Numbered from the stretch's first letter, positions 51,784 to 61,615 are shown. The stretch: 64,000 bases of DNA from Candidatus Oxydemutator sp. (GCA_965203445.1 OZ241883.1:1984001-2048000); one strand, 5' to 3'. Numbers and translations are program-made. Notes: generated from the letters alone by a model not told the origin.

Positions 51784-51811
51784 ATTTAACATAATATACA
51801 TTATGCGAAGT
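51784..51811 (-). other. dif site (XerC/XerD chromosome dimer resolution)
   Basis: The reverse complement ACTTCGCATAA-TGTATA-TTATGTTAAAT matches E. coli dif (GGTGCGCATAATGTATATTATGTTAAAT) except at three outer XerC-arm positions. It lies in an AT-rich intergenic region. Confidence 0.93.
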
Positions 51812-51998
51812 AAGGAGTGTACGAACTTATGGGCTGCGCACTAGGACAAAGAACGCCCTGAGGATACGATCCGGGGCCACGGTCGACCTCGCCCTATTGC
51901 CATGTGTCGAACAATAAATATAATTCCCGCGTTCGCTCGCTTGGTTTGTTTCTAACCATGCATGATCACAACAATCAAAGAACCCTGGAGTTTTATCT

Positions 51999-52235
51999 AT
52001 GAAGAAGCATTACCTTCTGGCTTCCGTTTGCATGCTGCTTTTGGCGGGTTGCGGCGGCATGACCATGGAACAAATGAAAATGATGGAAGACATGAAGACG
52101 CATATGAATGAAATGCAATTTCAAGTCAACAAGGCTGAAACCGACGCGGCACGCGCCAAGGAAATGGCCCACGAGGCCATGATGAAAGCCACTCATTCGA
52201 AGAAAAGAAAGAGAATGCGCGGGATGATGAAATAA
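51999..52235 (+). CDS. Lpp/OprI-like small outer-membrane lipoprotein, Met-rich
   Basis: Lipobox LAGC, alanine-zipper-like segment AETDAARAKEMAHEA, C-terminal Lys, a GGAG SD and its own terminator. Confidence 0.75.
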   Translation: MKKHYLLASVCMLLLAGCGGMTMEQMKMMEDMKTHMNEMQFQVNKAETDAARAKEMAHEAMMKATHSKKRKRMRGMMK

Positions 52236-52258
52236 TTGTCTCGATTTCTCGTCCACCT

Positions 52259-52286
52259 GAAAGGGGCCGCCAGGCCCCTTTTCTTT
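52259..52286 (+). terminator. Rho-independent terminator after the lipoprotein gene
   Basis: AAAGGGGCC-GCCA-GGCCCCTTTTCTTT, located between convergent genes. Confidence 0.8.
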
Positions 52287-52318
52287 GGCCCGGCTTCGGT
52301 GCCGACCCTTGCACGCGC

Positions 52319-53314
52319 TCAGAAAACGTAGTCCGCCTTCGGTTGCCTGGCCGCGACCGGCGCGCGCGGCGCCGTCTTGAAGCTGGGCGACGTGCCGCGG
52401 TTCAGCGGAACCGGTATGCCGCGCCCCTGCTTCGCCGTGTCGATCAGCCTTTCCCAGTCTATCGCTATCCCTTGCCCGGCGAGCAGCTCGACGACCTCGT
52501 GTATCGCCGCTCCTAGATAACGATCCATCCATTCCGCCTGCCCGCGCCCGTGCGATTCAAAATACACGACGCCTTCGATCAGCGCGCTTTTGAAGGGCTG
52601 AAACTGTATCGTCACCGGCGTACCGCGCTCTACCTTGCCGAAAAAATGCTCGATGTCGGCGGGACGCATGCGGATGCAACCGTGAGTGGCCTTCATTCCG
52701 ATTGCGTACGGGCGGTTGGTACCGTGAATAAAGTAACCGGCCAAATCGAGTTGCAGCGCGTATTTGCCGAGCGGGTTGTCCGCGCCGGGCGGCACGCTGC
52801 GCGGCAGCGGATCGCCGGCCAGCTCGTGCTCGCGGCGCACGCTCTCTGGCGGATACCAGGTCGGGTTGACGATTTTGTCCGTGACCTCCGTTCGCGCAAC
52901 CGGCGTCTGCCAGTCGCCGCGCCCGATACTGATCGGATAGGTTTCGACGATGCTCCCGCCGCCGTCGACGGCACGCCCGGTCGTGTAATAAATCCGCATT
53001 TCGGCGAGATTCACGTATATGCCGCGATAGGACGGGCGCGGCACGATGAACTGGCTCGGAAGCACCACCTGGGTGCCGTCGCCCGGCACCCAGGTATCGA
53101 TTCCCGGGTTGGCCGCCATCACCTCCTCGTACCCCAGCTCGAATTCCTGCGCCAGGGTCAGGATCGTGTCCTGCGGCTGCACCACGGTCTTTTGCAGAAC
53201 GCCTATTAGTGTATGATTTGAATCGAACTGGTAAGTCGCCGGAAACACGGCCGCGACCGGCGCCAACATCATGCAAACGACCGATGACAACCGCCTGATA
53301 TGGGTGCAAAACAT
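52319..53314 (-). CDS. L,D-transpeptidase (LysM + YkuD, ErfK/YbiS type)
   Basis: LysM-like segment ANPGIDTWVP, plus VNLAEMR.Y, PPG.DNPLG and catalytic IHGTN....IG..ATHGCIRM. The real start is 53314 or 53272, not 54379. Confidence 0.92.
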   Translation of the reverse strand: MFCTHIRRLSSVVCMMLAPVAAVFPATYQFDSNHTLIGVLQKTVVQPQDTILTLAQEFELGYEEVMAANPGIDTWVPGDGTQVVLPSQFIVPRPSYRGIYVNLAEMRIYYTTGRAVDGGGSIVETYPISIGRGDWQTPVARTEVTDKIVNPTWYPPESVRREHELAGDPLPRSVPPGADNPLGKYALQLDLAGYFIHGTNRPYAIGMKATHGCIRMRPADIEHFFGKVERGTPVTIQFQPFKSALIEGVVYFESHGRGQAEWMDRYLGAAIHEVVELLAGQGIAIDWERLIDTAKQGRGIPVPLNRGTSPSFKTAPRAPVAARQPKADYVF

Positions 53315-54514
53315 ATGCCGGACATTATAACCGCAAGCGCCCAGGCGGAAAACGCGGCGGACGACGCGAACGTCGCCGAATCTTTTGCACTGCGCGACGA
53401 CGTCGCCTACCTGAACCACGCCGGAGTCGCGCCGTGGCCGCGTCCCACGGTGCGCGCCGTATGCGACTTCGCAAACGAGAACATGCGCGCCGGCGCCCTC
53501 GGTTACAACTCCTGGCGGGAGACCGCGGCCGAGCTGCGCGAGATGCTGCGCACACTGATCAACGCCGCCTCGGCGGACGAAATCGCCCTGGTCAAGAATA
53601 CCTCGGAGGGCCTGTCCTTCGTCGCCTACGGACTGGATTGGAGCGAGACGGACAACGTCGTCGTCGGCATCCAGGAGTTTCCATCCAACCGCATAGTCTG
53701 GGAATCCCTGCGCGCACGTTTCGGCGTCGAGGTGCGCGCCGTGGACTTGTACCGCGGCGCCTCCCCCGAACGCGCGTTGCTCGAGCGCCTCGATTCGCAT
53801 ACGAAGCTGATCGCGGTCAGCTCGATCCAGTATGCGACCGGCTACCGCATGAACCTCGACGAACTGGGCGCCGGATGCCGCGAAACCGGCGCCCTGCTCT
53901 GCGTGGACGCGATTCAAAGCCTGGGAGCGGCACCGCTGGACGTGCGGGCCTCGAGCGTTGATTTCCTCGCCGCCGACGGCCACAAATGGATGCTGGCGCC
54001 CGAGGGCATCGGCTGCTTTTATTGCCGCCGTCGGCATTTGAAAACCCTGAAGCTGCACCAATACGGCTGGGGCATGTCGCACGACGCGATGAACTACGAC
54101 GCGCTGTACGGCGAGGCCGCCGTCGGTGCCTGGCGCGAGGCCGACGACGCGCGGCGTTTCGAGTGCGGCAGCCTGAACTCGCTCGGCATATACGCACTGC
54201 GCGCAAGCCTCGGCTTGTTGTTCGACGTGGGTCTCGAGCGGGTTTTCGACGGCGTCGCCGCAAACGTGTCCTATCTCGCCGACAACCTCCCGGGGCAACG
54301 CTTCCGCTTGCTGACGCCACCGCAACCACACCAGCGCGGCGGCATCCTGACGCTCCAGCCGCGGCGCGACGACGTGCAAAAACTATACAAGCGGCTGCAA
54401 AGCGCCGGAATCGTATGCGCGTTGCGCGGCGGCGGCATCCGTTTGTCTCCCCATTTCTACACGTCGCGCGCGACCCTGGACCGGGCGCTCGAGTGTCTGC
54501 ACCGCCGGCCTTAG
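53315..54514 (+). CDS. Aminotransferase class V PLP enzyme (no desulfurase Cys loop)
   Basis: Motifs YLNHAGVAP, NTSEG, VDAIQ, DGHKWM and IRLSPHFY. Confidence 0.88.
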   Translation: MPDIITASAQAENAADDANVAESFALRDDVAYLNHAGVAPWPRPTVRAVCDFANENMRAGALGYNSWRETAAELREMLRTLINAASADEIALVKNTSEGLSFVAYGLDWSETDNVVVGIQEFPSNRIVWESLRARFGVEVRAVDLYRGASPERALLERLDSHTKLIAVSSIQYATGYRMNLDELGAGCRETGALLCVDAIQSLGAAPLDVRASSVDFLAADGHKWMLAPEGIGCFYCRRRHLKTLKLHQYGWGMSHDAMNYDALYGEAAVGAWREADDARRFECGSLNSLGIYALRASLGLLFDVGLERVFDGVAANVSYLADNLPGQRFRLLTPPQPHQRGGILTLQPRRDDVQKLYKRLQSAGIVCALRGGGIRLSPHFYTSRATLDRALECLHRRP

Positions 54515-54516
54515 CG

Positions 54517-55452
54517 TCAAAAACCGAAAGCCTTTTGCCATTCGAGCAGACTGCTCTCCAACAACAGGCGCGGATTCAGATTGTCGTAGGCCGGGCGGCA
54601 GCGCTCGCTCTGGCGGGAATGCAACCGTTGCAGGGTATCGAAGGACGGGCCGGCGGCGGGCGCCGCACGGCGCGTCGCGTCGAAGCGGGCGCGCGCCATC
54701 CGTTGCAATTCCTCGAGCAGCCACTGCTGGATCAAAAGACAAGGTTGTTCGCTCCATCGCTCCACCGCCTGCGCAAGCGCCAGCCTCCCGTCGAGCAGCT
54801 GCGCCAGTTCGCGGTGAAATTGCTCGCGGTCGAGTCCGGCGGCGGCTTTGCGCGCGGCCTCCAGCGGGCGCATTCCAAACAGAGCCAAGCGCCGCCGCGC
54901 CCGTTTTTCCTCGAGGGACAATTCCCGCGCAAGCCACGCAACCGCGTCATCGCCCGGCAGCGGAAAACGGATCTTGCGGCAGCGGCTGCGGATCGTCGCC
55001 GGCAGGCTCGCCAGCCGCCGGCAGGCCATGACGATGACGCCGGCGGGCGGCGGCTCCTCGAGCGTCTTCAGCAACGCGTTGGCGGCGGCATGGTTGAGGG
55101 CGTCGGCCTCGGGCAGGAACGCCACGCGGTGGCGACCGTAGTGCGGGTTCAACGAGAAAAAGTCCCCCAGCTCACGAATCTGTGACACCTTGATCTCTTT
55201 CTTCTCCGGCGCCAGAGTGAGATAATCCGGATGGTTGCCAGACGCCAACAGGCGGCAGCTCTTGCACGCGCCACAGGCCCCGTCTTTTCCACGCCCGCAC
55301 AACAGGCTGCGGCACAGACTGGTACCGAAACGTTCGATACCGCCACCGGCCGCGCCGCTCAGCAACAAGGCGCTGGGAATACGCCCGCCGGCTACTATCC
55401 TCAACCACGCGATCCATTGCTCGCGCTGCCATGGATAGACCGCGTCATCCAT
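54517..55452 (-). CDS. holB: DNA polymerase III delta-prime subunit
   Basis: Motifs YPW, CG.C.SC, HPD, AANALLKTLEEP and TIRSRC; follows tmk. Confidence 0.93.
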   Translation of the reverse strand: MDDAVYPWQREQWIAWLRIVAGGRIPSALLLSGAAGGGIERFGTSLCRSLLCGRGKDGACGACKSCRLLASGNHPDYLTLAPEKKEIKVSQIRELGDFFSLNPHYGRHRVAFLPEADALNHAAANALLKTLEEPPPAGVIVMACRRLASLPATIRSRCRKIRFPLPGDDAVAWLARELSLEEKRARRRLALFGMRPLEAARKAAAGLDREQFHRELAQLLDGRLALAQAVERWSEQPCLLIQQWLLEELQRMARARFDATRRAAPAAGPSFDTLQRLHSRQSERCRPAYDNLNPRLLLESSLLEWQKAFGF

Positions 55453-56107
55453 CGTCGGCTTCCGTGTTGCCGGGCGTGTCGTCGCTTCCAAAGCAGCGTC
55501 GCGCCACCGCGGCCGCCACTTGCCGCGCGACGACTTCCTCGCCCATGGTCGCGTCTATGACCTCGAAACGCGCGGGGTCGCGCGCGGCTCGTTCGAGATA
55601 GGCGTCCCGGACGCGACGGAAGAACGTCTCCTCTTCACCCTCGAAATTGTCCGGCGCACGGCTACCGAGCCTGCCGTGCACGCGCCCGGGCGGCAAATCG
55701 AGCAGCAGCGTCAGGTCGGGCACCAAGTCGCACAGCGTCCATTCGACGAGTGTATCTATCCACGCGCGCGGGATCCCGCGCCCGCCCCCCTGGTAGGCGT
55801 AGCTCGCGTCGGCAAAGCGGTCGCACACGACCCAGCGGCCGCCCGCGAGCGCCGGTTTCACCACGGTGCGCACGTGCTCGGCACGCACCGCAAAAAACAG
55901 CAGTAGTTCGCCGACGTCGGACAACCCTTCCCGTTGCTCGAGCAAAATGCGCCGCACCGCCTCGCCCACCGGCACGCCGCCGGGCTCCCGGGTGGCGACC
56001 ACGTCCAGGCCGCGCCGCTCGAGACGTGCCGCCAGGGCCGCGGCCTGCGTGCTCTTACCGGCGCCGTCCACTCCCTCGAAGGTGATCAGTTTTCCGCGGC
56101 GCGTCAT
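55445..56107 (-). CDS. tmk: Thymidylate kinase
   Basis: Motifs ITFEG.DGAGKST, REPGG and CDRF.DASYAYQGGGR. Confidence 0.96.
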   Translation of the reverse strand: MTRRGKLITFEGVDGAGKSTQAAALAARLERRGLDVVATREPGGVPVGEAVRRILLEQREGLSDVGELLLFFAVRAEHVRTVVKPALAGGRWVVCDRFADASYAYQGGGRGIPRAWIDTLVEWTLCDLVPDLTLLLDLPPGRVHGRLGSRAPDNFEGEEETFFRRVRDAYLERAARDPARFEVIDATMGEEVVARQVAAAVARRCFGSDDTPGNTEADDG

Positions 56108-56120
56108 GGCTGCCTCAAAG

Positions 56121-57125
56121 CTACTGATAGCGGGCGACCGCGGCCCGATGCTCCTCGTAGGTCGCCGAAAAATGGTGGCTGCCGTCGCCTTTGCCGACGA
56201 AGTACAGATCGCCGGTTTTGTCGGGGTGCAGCGCCGCCCGCAACGACGCAAGTCCCGGCATCGCGATCGGCGTCGGCGGCAATCCCTTGTGCAGATAGGT
56301 GTTGTACGGGGTGTCCGCCTCCAGGTCTTTTCTGCCGATATTGCCGTCGAAGCGATCGCCCATGCCGTAGATTACCGTGGGATCGGCCTGCAGGCGCATA
56401 CCCTTCTCGAGCCTGGTTGTGAACACGCCGGCGATGCGCGCACGCTCGTCGGCACGCCTCGCCTCCTTTTCGACGATGGACGCGAGAATCAACGCCTCGT
56501 AGGGGGACGCGAGCGCCACGTGCGGCGCGCGTCCGCGCCATTGCGCCTCAAGCGTTTGCCTCATCTTCTGATAACCGCGACGGAACAGCTCGACGTCGCT
56601 GTCCCCGGTTTGGAAGAAATACGTATCCGGAAAAAACCAGCCTTCCAGCGAGGGCGTGGCCACGTCGAGCCGTCTTCTGAGGTCGTCCGCGTCCGCGACG
56701 ACGTTTTTTATCGCGTCGTTTTGTCGCATGGCCTGCAATACTTGGCGCAGCGTCGCACCCTCGACGATGAGCAGGCGCCGCATGGTCGCGTCGCCGCGAA
56801 CCACCATGTCGAAAAAGGCCGCGGGCGTAGTGTTTGCCCGAAGCGTGTAGTTGCCGGCCTTCACGGCGCGCTCCAGACCTTGGACCTTGGCGTGAAGTCT
56901 CATATAAAGAATCGTCGGTAACAAATTATTACCACGGATTAAGCCGAGCCGATCCAGATCGGCGACGACCTCTCCGAATGAGGCGCCCGCGGCGACCTCC
57001 CAGGCCATTGCCCGCGTGTTCGTAAGCGGCTCGACGTAGATGCCGCGATAGTAGTCGTAGCCGAGTAGCGAGCACGCCGAAACGGCGGCGATCAGGCCGA
57101 TAAACGTGCAACGCCCGCCCGTCAT
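56121..57125 (-). CDS. mltG: Endolytic transglycosylase MltG
   Basis: Motifs EG.FFPDTY, LASIVEKE, LQADPTVIY, TPYNTY...GLPPTPI and H.FS. Confidence 0.94.
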   Translation of the reverse strand: MTGGRCTFIGLIAAVSACSLLGYDYYRGIYVEPLTNTRAMAWEVAAGASFGEVVADLDRLGLIRGNNLLPTILYMRLHAKVQGLERAVKAGNYTLRANTTPAAFFDMVVRGDATMRRLLIVEGATLRQVLQAMRQNDAIKNVVADADDLRRRLDVATPSLEGWFFPDTYFFQTGDSDVELFRRGYQKMRQTLEAQWRGRAPHVALASPYEALILASIVEKEARRADERARIAGVFTTRLEKGMRLQADPTVIYGMGDRFDGNIGRKDLEADTPYNTYLHKGLPPTPIAMPGLASLRAALHPDKTGDLYFVGKGDGSHHFSATYEEHRAAVARYQ

Positions 57126-57132
57126 CGGCGTC

Positions 57133-57960
57133 TCATGCAGCGGCGCCGACCCGCGCGAACGGCAGTCGCCCAAGCACCCGGTGCACGGCTGCCACGTCGT
57201 AGTCGCGGGCGCCTTCGAGCGTGCGTACCGGCCACGCCCGGATCACCGCGTTGCACAGAAAAACACCATCGGCGCGCAGCAAGTCCTCGCGTCCAAGCCG
57301 CGCCTCCGACGCCGCGATACCGCACTCGCGGCAGGCTTCGATAATCCAGTCGCGCATGACCCCCCTGACCCCGCAGCAGTCGAGCGGCGGCGTTTGCAGC
57401 GTATCGCCCGTGACGACGAAAATATTACTCATCGTGCCCTCGATGACCCGATCCTGATAATCCAGCATGATGCCTTCTTGAAACTCTTCCCGCCACTCCA
57501 TCCGCGCCACCACCTGCGCGAGCCGGTTCAGATGTTTGATGCCGGCGAGATCCGGTTCATGCGCCAGGCGTTTGCGGCAAAAGCGCACGGCGACTCCACG
57601 CACGGAGAAATCATCCGGGTAGTCGGGCGGTGGCAGCGCCACGACGATGCGCGTCGGCTTTTGCACCGATGGCCTGCGGTAGCCGCGCCCGCCACGGCCG
57701 GCGGTCACGACGACCTTGAGAACGGCTTCCGTGCTTTTGGCGGCCACAATCCGCACCTCCTCGTCCAGGATGGCCGCGTCGTCGAAGGCTATGCCCAGTC
57801 TGCGGCAGCCGTCGAGCAGGCGCGCGCGGTGGCGCGGCCACAAGCGCGCGACGCCGCCGGTGACGACGACGGTCTCGAACACGCCGTCGCCGTAGGCCGT
57901 TCCTCTGTCGGTCGGCGGCAGTCCGTCGCCGGGCCGGCCGTTGATCAGGGCCTCGGACAT
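57133..57960 (-). CDS. pabC: Aminodeoxychorismate lyase
   Basis: Motifs DRG.AYGDGVFET, GIKHLNRL.QV and IEGTMSN.F; lies between fabF and mltG. Confidence 0.93.
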   Translation of the reverse strand: MSEALINGRPGDGLPPTDRGTAYGDGVFETVVVTGGVARLWPRHRARLLDGCRRLGIAFDDAAILDEEVRIVAAKSTEAVLKVVVTAGRGGRGYRRPSVQKPTRIVVALPPPDYPDDFSVRGVAVRFCRKRLAHEPDLAGIKHLNRLAQVVARMEWREEFQEGIMLDYQDRVIEGTMSNIFVVTGDTLQTPPLDCCGVRGVMRDWIIEACRECGIAASEARLGREDLLRADGVFLCNAVIRAWPVRTLEGARDYDVAAVHRVLGRLPFARVGAAA

Positions 57961-57991
57961 CGTGCGCAAAGAGGTCTAACCGGGAGTTTCG

Positions 57992-59233
57992 TCAAACGGC
58001 GCGAAATATCAGCGAGGCGTTGGTGCCGCCGAAACCGAAGGAATTGGACAGCACGCATCGTATCTTTCCCTCGCGCGCCTCGTTTGGCACGTAGTCGAGA
58101 TCACACTTCGGATCCGGCGTTTCGAGGTTGATGGTCGGCGGCATTACCTGATGTGCAAGCGTCAGCACCGAGAACACCGCCTCGACCCCGCCGGCGGCGC
58201 CGAGCAGGTGGCCGATCATGGATTTGGTCGAGCTCATCGGCAGTTTCTTCGCGCGTTCGCCGAAGACAAGTTTCACGGCGTCGCTTTCGGCCTCGTCGCC
58301 CAGCGGCGTCGAGGTGCCGTGCGCGTTGATGTAATCCACCTGCTCCGGGTTCAGCGCCGCGTCCTTGAGCGCGTTTTCCATGCAACGCGCCGCGCCCTCG
58401 CCGCCCGGCACCGGTTGCGTGATGTGGTGGGCGTCGCTGCATGCGCCGTAACCGGCCAGTTCGCAGTAGACGTCGGCACCCCGGCGCGCCGCGTATTCGC
58501 TTTCCTCCAGGATCATGACGCCGGCGCCGTCGCCGATGACGAAGCCGTCGCGATCCTTGTCCCACGGACGGCTCGCGCGCTCGGGATCGTCGTTGTGCGA
58601 CGCGCACAACGCGCGCGCCGCGGCGAAACCGCCGACGCCCAACAGCGACGTCGCCATCTCGGCGCCGCCCGCGATCATGACGTCGGCGTCGCCGCGCGCG
58701 ATCATGCGCGCCGCTTCGCCGATGTTGTGGTTGCCGGTGGCGCACGCCGACACGATCGCGAAGTTGGGGCCGCGCATCCCGTAGCGTATGGACAGGTTGC
58801 CGGAGATCATGTTGATGATGCTGCCCGGCACGAAGAACGGCGAGATCTTGCGCGCGCCGCCGGCGTGGTAGGCGTCGTGATTCTCCTCGATGAACGGCAG
58901 GCCGCCGATGCCGGAGCCGATTGCGACACCGATACGGTGGGCGTTGTCCTCGGCGACTTCGAGGCCCGAATCCTCCAGCGCCTGCACCGCGGCGCCGATG
59001 CCGTAGTGGATGAACAGGTCAGCGCGCTTCTGCTCCTTCGGCGGGATGTAGTCGTCGGCGTCAAAGCCTTCGACCGAGCCGGCGATCCGCACGCGCAGGC
59101 CGGAGGCGTCGAACGAAGAGATCTTGCGTATGCCGCTGCGCCCGGCCGTGATCGCCCGCCACGCGTCGCCTATGCGCGAACCGAGCGGGCAGACGATGCC
59201 GATTCCGGTGACGACGACCTTTCTGTCTTGCAC
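57992..59233 (-). CDS. fabF: 3-oxoacyl-ACP synthase II
   Basis: Motifs SACATG, NAHGTST, KSM.GHLLGAAG and NSFGFGGTN. Confidence 0.96.
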   Translation of the reverse strand: MQDRKVVVTGIGIVCPLGSRIGDAWRAITAGRSGIRKISSFDASGLRVRIAGSVEGFDADDYIPPKEQKRADLFIHYGIGAAVQALEDSGLEVAEDNAHRIGVAIGSGIGGLPFIEENHDAYHAGGARKISPFFVPGSIINMISGNLSIRYGMRGPNFAIVSACATGNHNIGEAARMIARGDADVMIAGGAEMATSLLGVGGFAAARALCASHNDDPERASRPWDKDRDGFVIGDGAGVMILEESEYAARRGADVYCELAGYGACSDAHHITQPVPGGEGAARCMENALKDAALNPEQVDYINAHGTSTPLGDEAESDAVKLVFGERAKKLPMSSTKSMIGHLLGAAGGVEAVFSVLTLAHQVMPPTINLETPDPKCDLDYVPNEAREGKIRCVLSNSFGFGGTNASLIFRAV

Positions 59234-59249
59234 GAGGTCTCGCGGGCGC

Positions 59250-59489
59250 TCAACCGTCGGTGTGTTTCTCGATGTAGTCCACGGCCTGCTTCACGGTGGT
59301 GATCTTTTCGGCCTCTTCGTCCGGGATCTCGCATTCGAATTCCTCCTCGAGGGCCATCACCAGCTCGAGCGTGTCGAGGGAATCCGCGTTCAGGTCATCT
59401 ACGAAGGAGGCGCTCTCGGTGACCTTGTCCTCCTCGACGCTCAGTTGTTCGGCCACGATCTTGCGGACGCGCTCATGGATGTTGCTCAT
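59250..59489 (-). CDS. acpP: Acyl carrier protein
   Basis: Motif [30 protein letters not shown]. Confidence 0.97.
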   Translation of the reverse strand: MSNIHERVRKIVAEQLSVEEDKVTESASFVDDLNADSLDTLELVMALEEEFECEIPDEEAEKITTVKQAVDYIEKHTDG

Positions 59490-59550
59490 TCTTGTCTCCT
59501 GTTGTATTGGGTCTTTGAAAACACTGAATGGGGACGAAGGCGCGCGGCCT

Positions 59551-60303
59551 TCAAGCCATGTACATACCGCCGTTGACATGGACGGTCTCGCCGGTGATGT
59601 ACGCGGCCGCCTCGGAAGCCAGGAAGCAGACCAGCTTCGCCACCTCGTGGGCCTCGCCGAAGCGCGCCGCGGGTATCGTGTGCATGATTTCCTTCCGGTA
59701 TTTCTCCGGCAGCGCCCGCACCATGTCGGTCTCGATAAAGCCGGGTGCGACGCAGTTGACGGTGATATTACGGGTTCCCAATTCTTTTGCAAGGCTTTTG
59801 CTGAAAGCGACCATGCCGGCCTTGGCCGCGGCGTAGTTGGCCTGCCCCGGATTGCCGGTGGCGCCGACCACCGAGGCGACGTTGACGATCCGGCCCCAGC
59901 GTTTTTTCATCATCGGGCGCGCGCACGCCTTGCACAAGCGGAACACCGAATGCAGATTGACGTTGATGACTTCGAGCCATTGCTCCTCGCTCATGCGCGG
60001 CAGCAGATTGTCGCGCGTGATGCCGGCGTTGTTGACTAGAACGTCGGGCATCTTGCCGCGCGCGGACAGGTCGGCGACCGTCGCCGCGACCGCGTCGGAG
60101 TCGTCCACCCGCAGTTGCAACCCTTGTCCGGCAACGCCCGCTTCGGCGAAAGCCGCCGTGATCGCGCCCGCGCCAGCCTCGCTGGTAGCGGTGCCATAGA
60201 CTTCCAGCCCGCCACGCCCCAGTTCGAGTGCAATCGCGCGCCCGATGCCGCGCGAGGCGCCGGTAACCCATGCGATTTTTGCGACTTTTTCTTGTTCTGC
60301 CAT
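59551..60303 (-). CDS. fabG: 3-oxoacyl-ACP reductase
   Basis: Motifs [21 protein letters not shown] and HVNGG. Confidence 0.96.
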   Translation of the reverse strand: MAEQEKVAKIAWVTGASRGIGRAIALELGRGGLEVYGTATSEAGAGAITAAFAEAGVAGQGLQLRVDDSDAVAATVADLSARGKMPDVLVNNAGITRDNLLPRMSEEQWLEVINVNLHSVFRLCKACARPMMKKRWGRIVNVASVVGATGNPGQANYAAAKAGMVAFSKSLAKELGTRNITVNCVAPGFIETDMVRALPEKYRKEIMHTIPAARFGEAHEVAKLVCFLASEAAAYITGETVHVNGGMYMA

Positions 60304-60370
60304 TTTTTTTCCGTCAGTATATAAGGGGGTTATAGCGGGAAGCTCGTTTTTCATCCAGTATAACGCGAGG

Positions 60371-61321
60371 TCATTGAAGCTCCGCAAGCGCGTCGGCAAG
60401 GCTGGCCGGATCGTTCACGTTGCAGGTCTCCACTGTTTTGTCCATGCGTTTGACGAGGTTGGTCAGCACCCGCCCCGGCCCGAATTCAACGAAGCGCCCG
60501 ACGCCGGCCTCGATCATCCGTTTGATTGTGCGCACCCATTGCACCGGATTGCATAGCTGCCCGCCCAACGCTCGCAGTATGCCGTCGGGCGTCGAACGTG
60601 GCTGCGCGTCTATATTGTGCAGCACCTTGAAAGCGGGCGCCTTAATCTCGATGGTTGCAAGGAAGGCCGCAAACTTTTTGGCCGCCGGACGCATCAGCGA
60701 CGAGTGCGCCGGAACGCTGACCGGCAGCAGCATGCATTTGCGCGCGCCCTGCTCTGTGGCCGCTGCCATCGCCCGTTCGACCGCCGCCTTGTGCCCGGCG
60801 ATGACGGTCTGCGTCGGCGCGTTGAAATTGACGGCCTCGACGACCTGCCCGTCGCCGAGTGCGGCGCACAACGAGACGACCGCCTGCGCTTCGAGGCCGA
60901 TGATCGCCGCCATCGCGCCATTCTCGACGGCGACCGCCTCCTGCATCAACTCGCCGCGCTTGGCGGCGACCGCGACCGCGTCCTCGAAGCCAAGCGCACC
61001 GGCACAGACCAGCGCGGTATATTCACCGAAGCTATGGCCGGCGACGACGCCCGGCTCGGCGCCGCCTAAGCGCCTCCAGATTCTCCAGACGGCGACGCCC
61101 GCGGCCAGCATAACCGGCTGCGTGTCGACGGTCCTGTTCAGCGCCTCCTCAGGTCCTTCCAGCGCAAGCGCGTAGAGATCGCGCGAAAGGATTTCGGAAG
61201 CCCGCGTGAAAGTCTCGCGCACTTCGGGGTATTCGCCCGCAAGTTCGCGCAACATGCCCACGTGCTGCGAGCCTTGTCCCGGAAACAGAAAGGCGGTGTC
61301 CGCCAACGTCCGCGTCGTCAT
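60371..61321 (-). CDS. fabD: Malonyl-CoA:ACP transacylase
   Basis: Motifs FPGQGSQ, GHSFGEY, SVPAHS and E.GPG.VL. Confidence 0.96.
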   Translation of the reverse strand: MTTRTLADTAFLFPGQGSQHVGMLRELAGEYPEVRETFTRASEILSRDLYALALEGPEEALNRTVDTQPVMLAAGVAVWRIWRRLGGAEPGVVAGHSFGEYTALVCAGALGFEDAVAVAAKRGELMQEAVAVENGAMAAIIGLEAQAVVSLCAALGDGQVVEAVNFNAPTQTVIAGHKAAVERAMAAATEQGARKCMLLPVSVPAHSSLMRPAAKKFAAFLATIEIKAPAFKVLHNIDAQPRSTPDGILRALGGQLCNPVQWVRTIKRMIEAGVGRFVEFGPGRVLTNLVKRMDKTVETCNVNDPASLADALAELQ

Positions 61322-61396
61322 GATAATGATGAAATAACTTGAGTTATGTACTCAGATTACCGATAATGTGCGCTCTTTTCCAGCGAAAAGCGATTG

Positions 61397-61615
61397 ATGG
61401 CAAAAAGCGAACATTTCGAGATGAAGGGCATCGTCACCGAAGTCCTTCCGAACACCGTATTTCGGGTCAAGCTCGAAAACGATCACGTCGTCACCGCGCA
61501 CATATCGGGCAAGATGCGCAAACATTATATCCGCATACTGACCGGCGACCGCGTCACCGTGGAGATGAGCCCCTACGACCTGACCCGCGGGCGCATCACC
61601 TACCGCGAGAAATAA
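61397..61615 (+). CDS. infA: Translation initiation factor IF-1
   Basis: MAK...EM.G.V.E.LPN..FRV.LEN...[17 protein letters not shown]. Confidence 0.98.
   Translation: MAKSEHFEMKGIVTEVLPNTVFRVKLENDHVVTAHISGKMRKHYIRILTGDRVTVEMSPYDLTRGRITYREK

Noticed and set aside
53315-54379. Apparent 686-aa L,D-transpeptidase with a large N-terminal extension
   Set aside because: The extension is the antisense frame of the class V aminotransferase. The signal-peptide-like sequence begins at about 53314.
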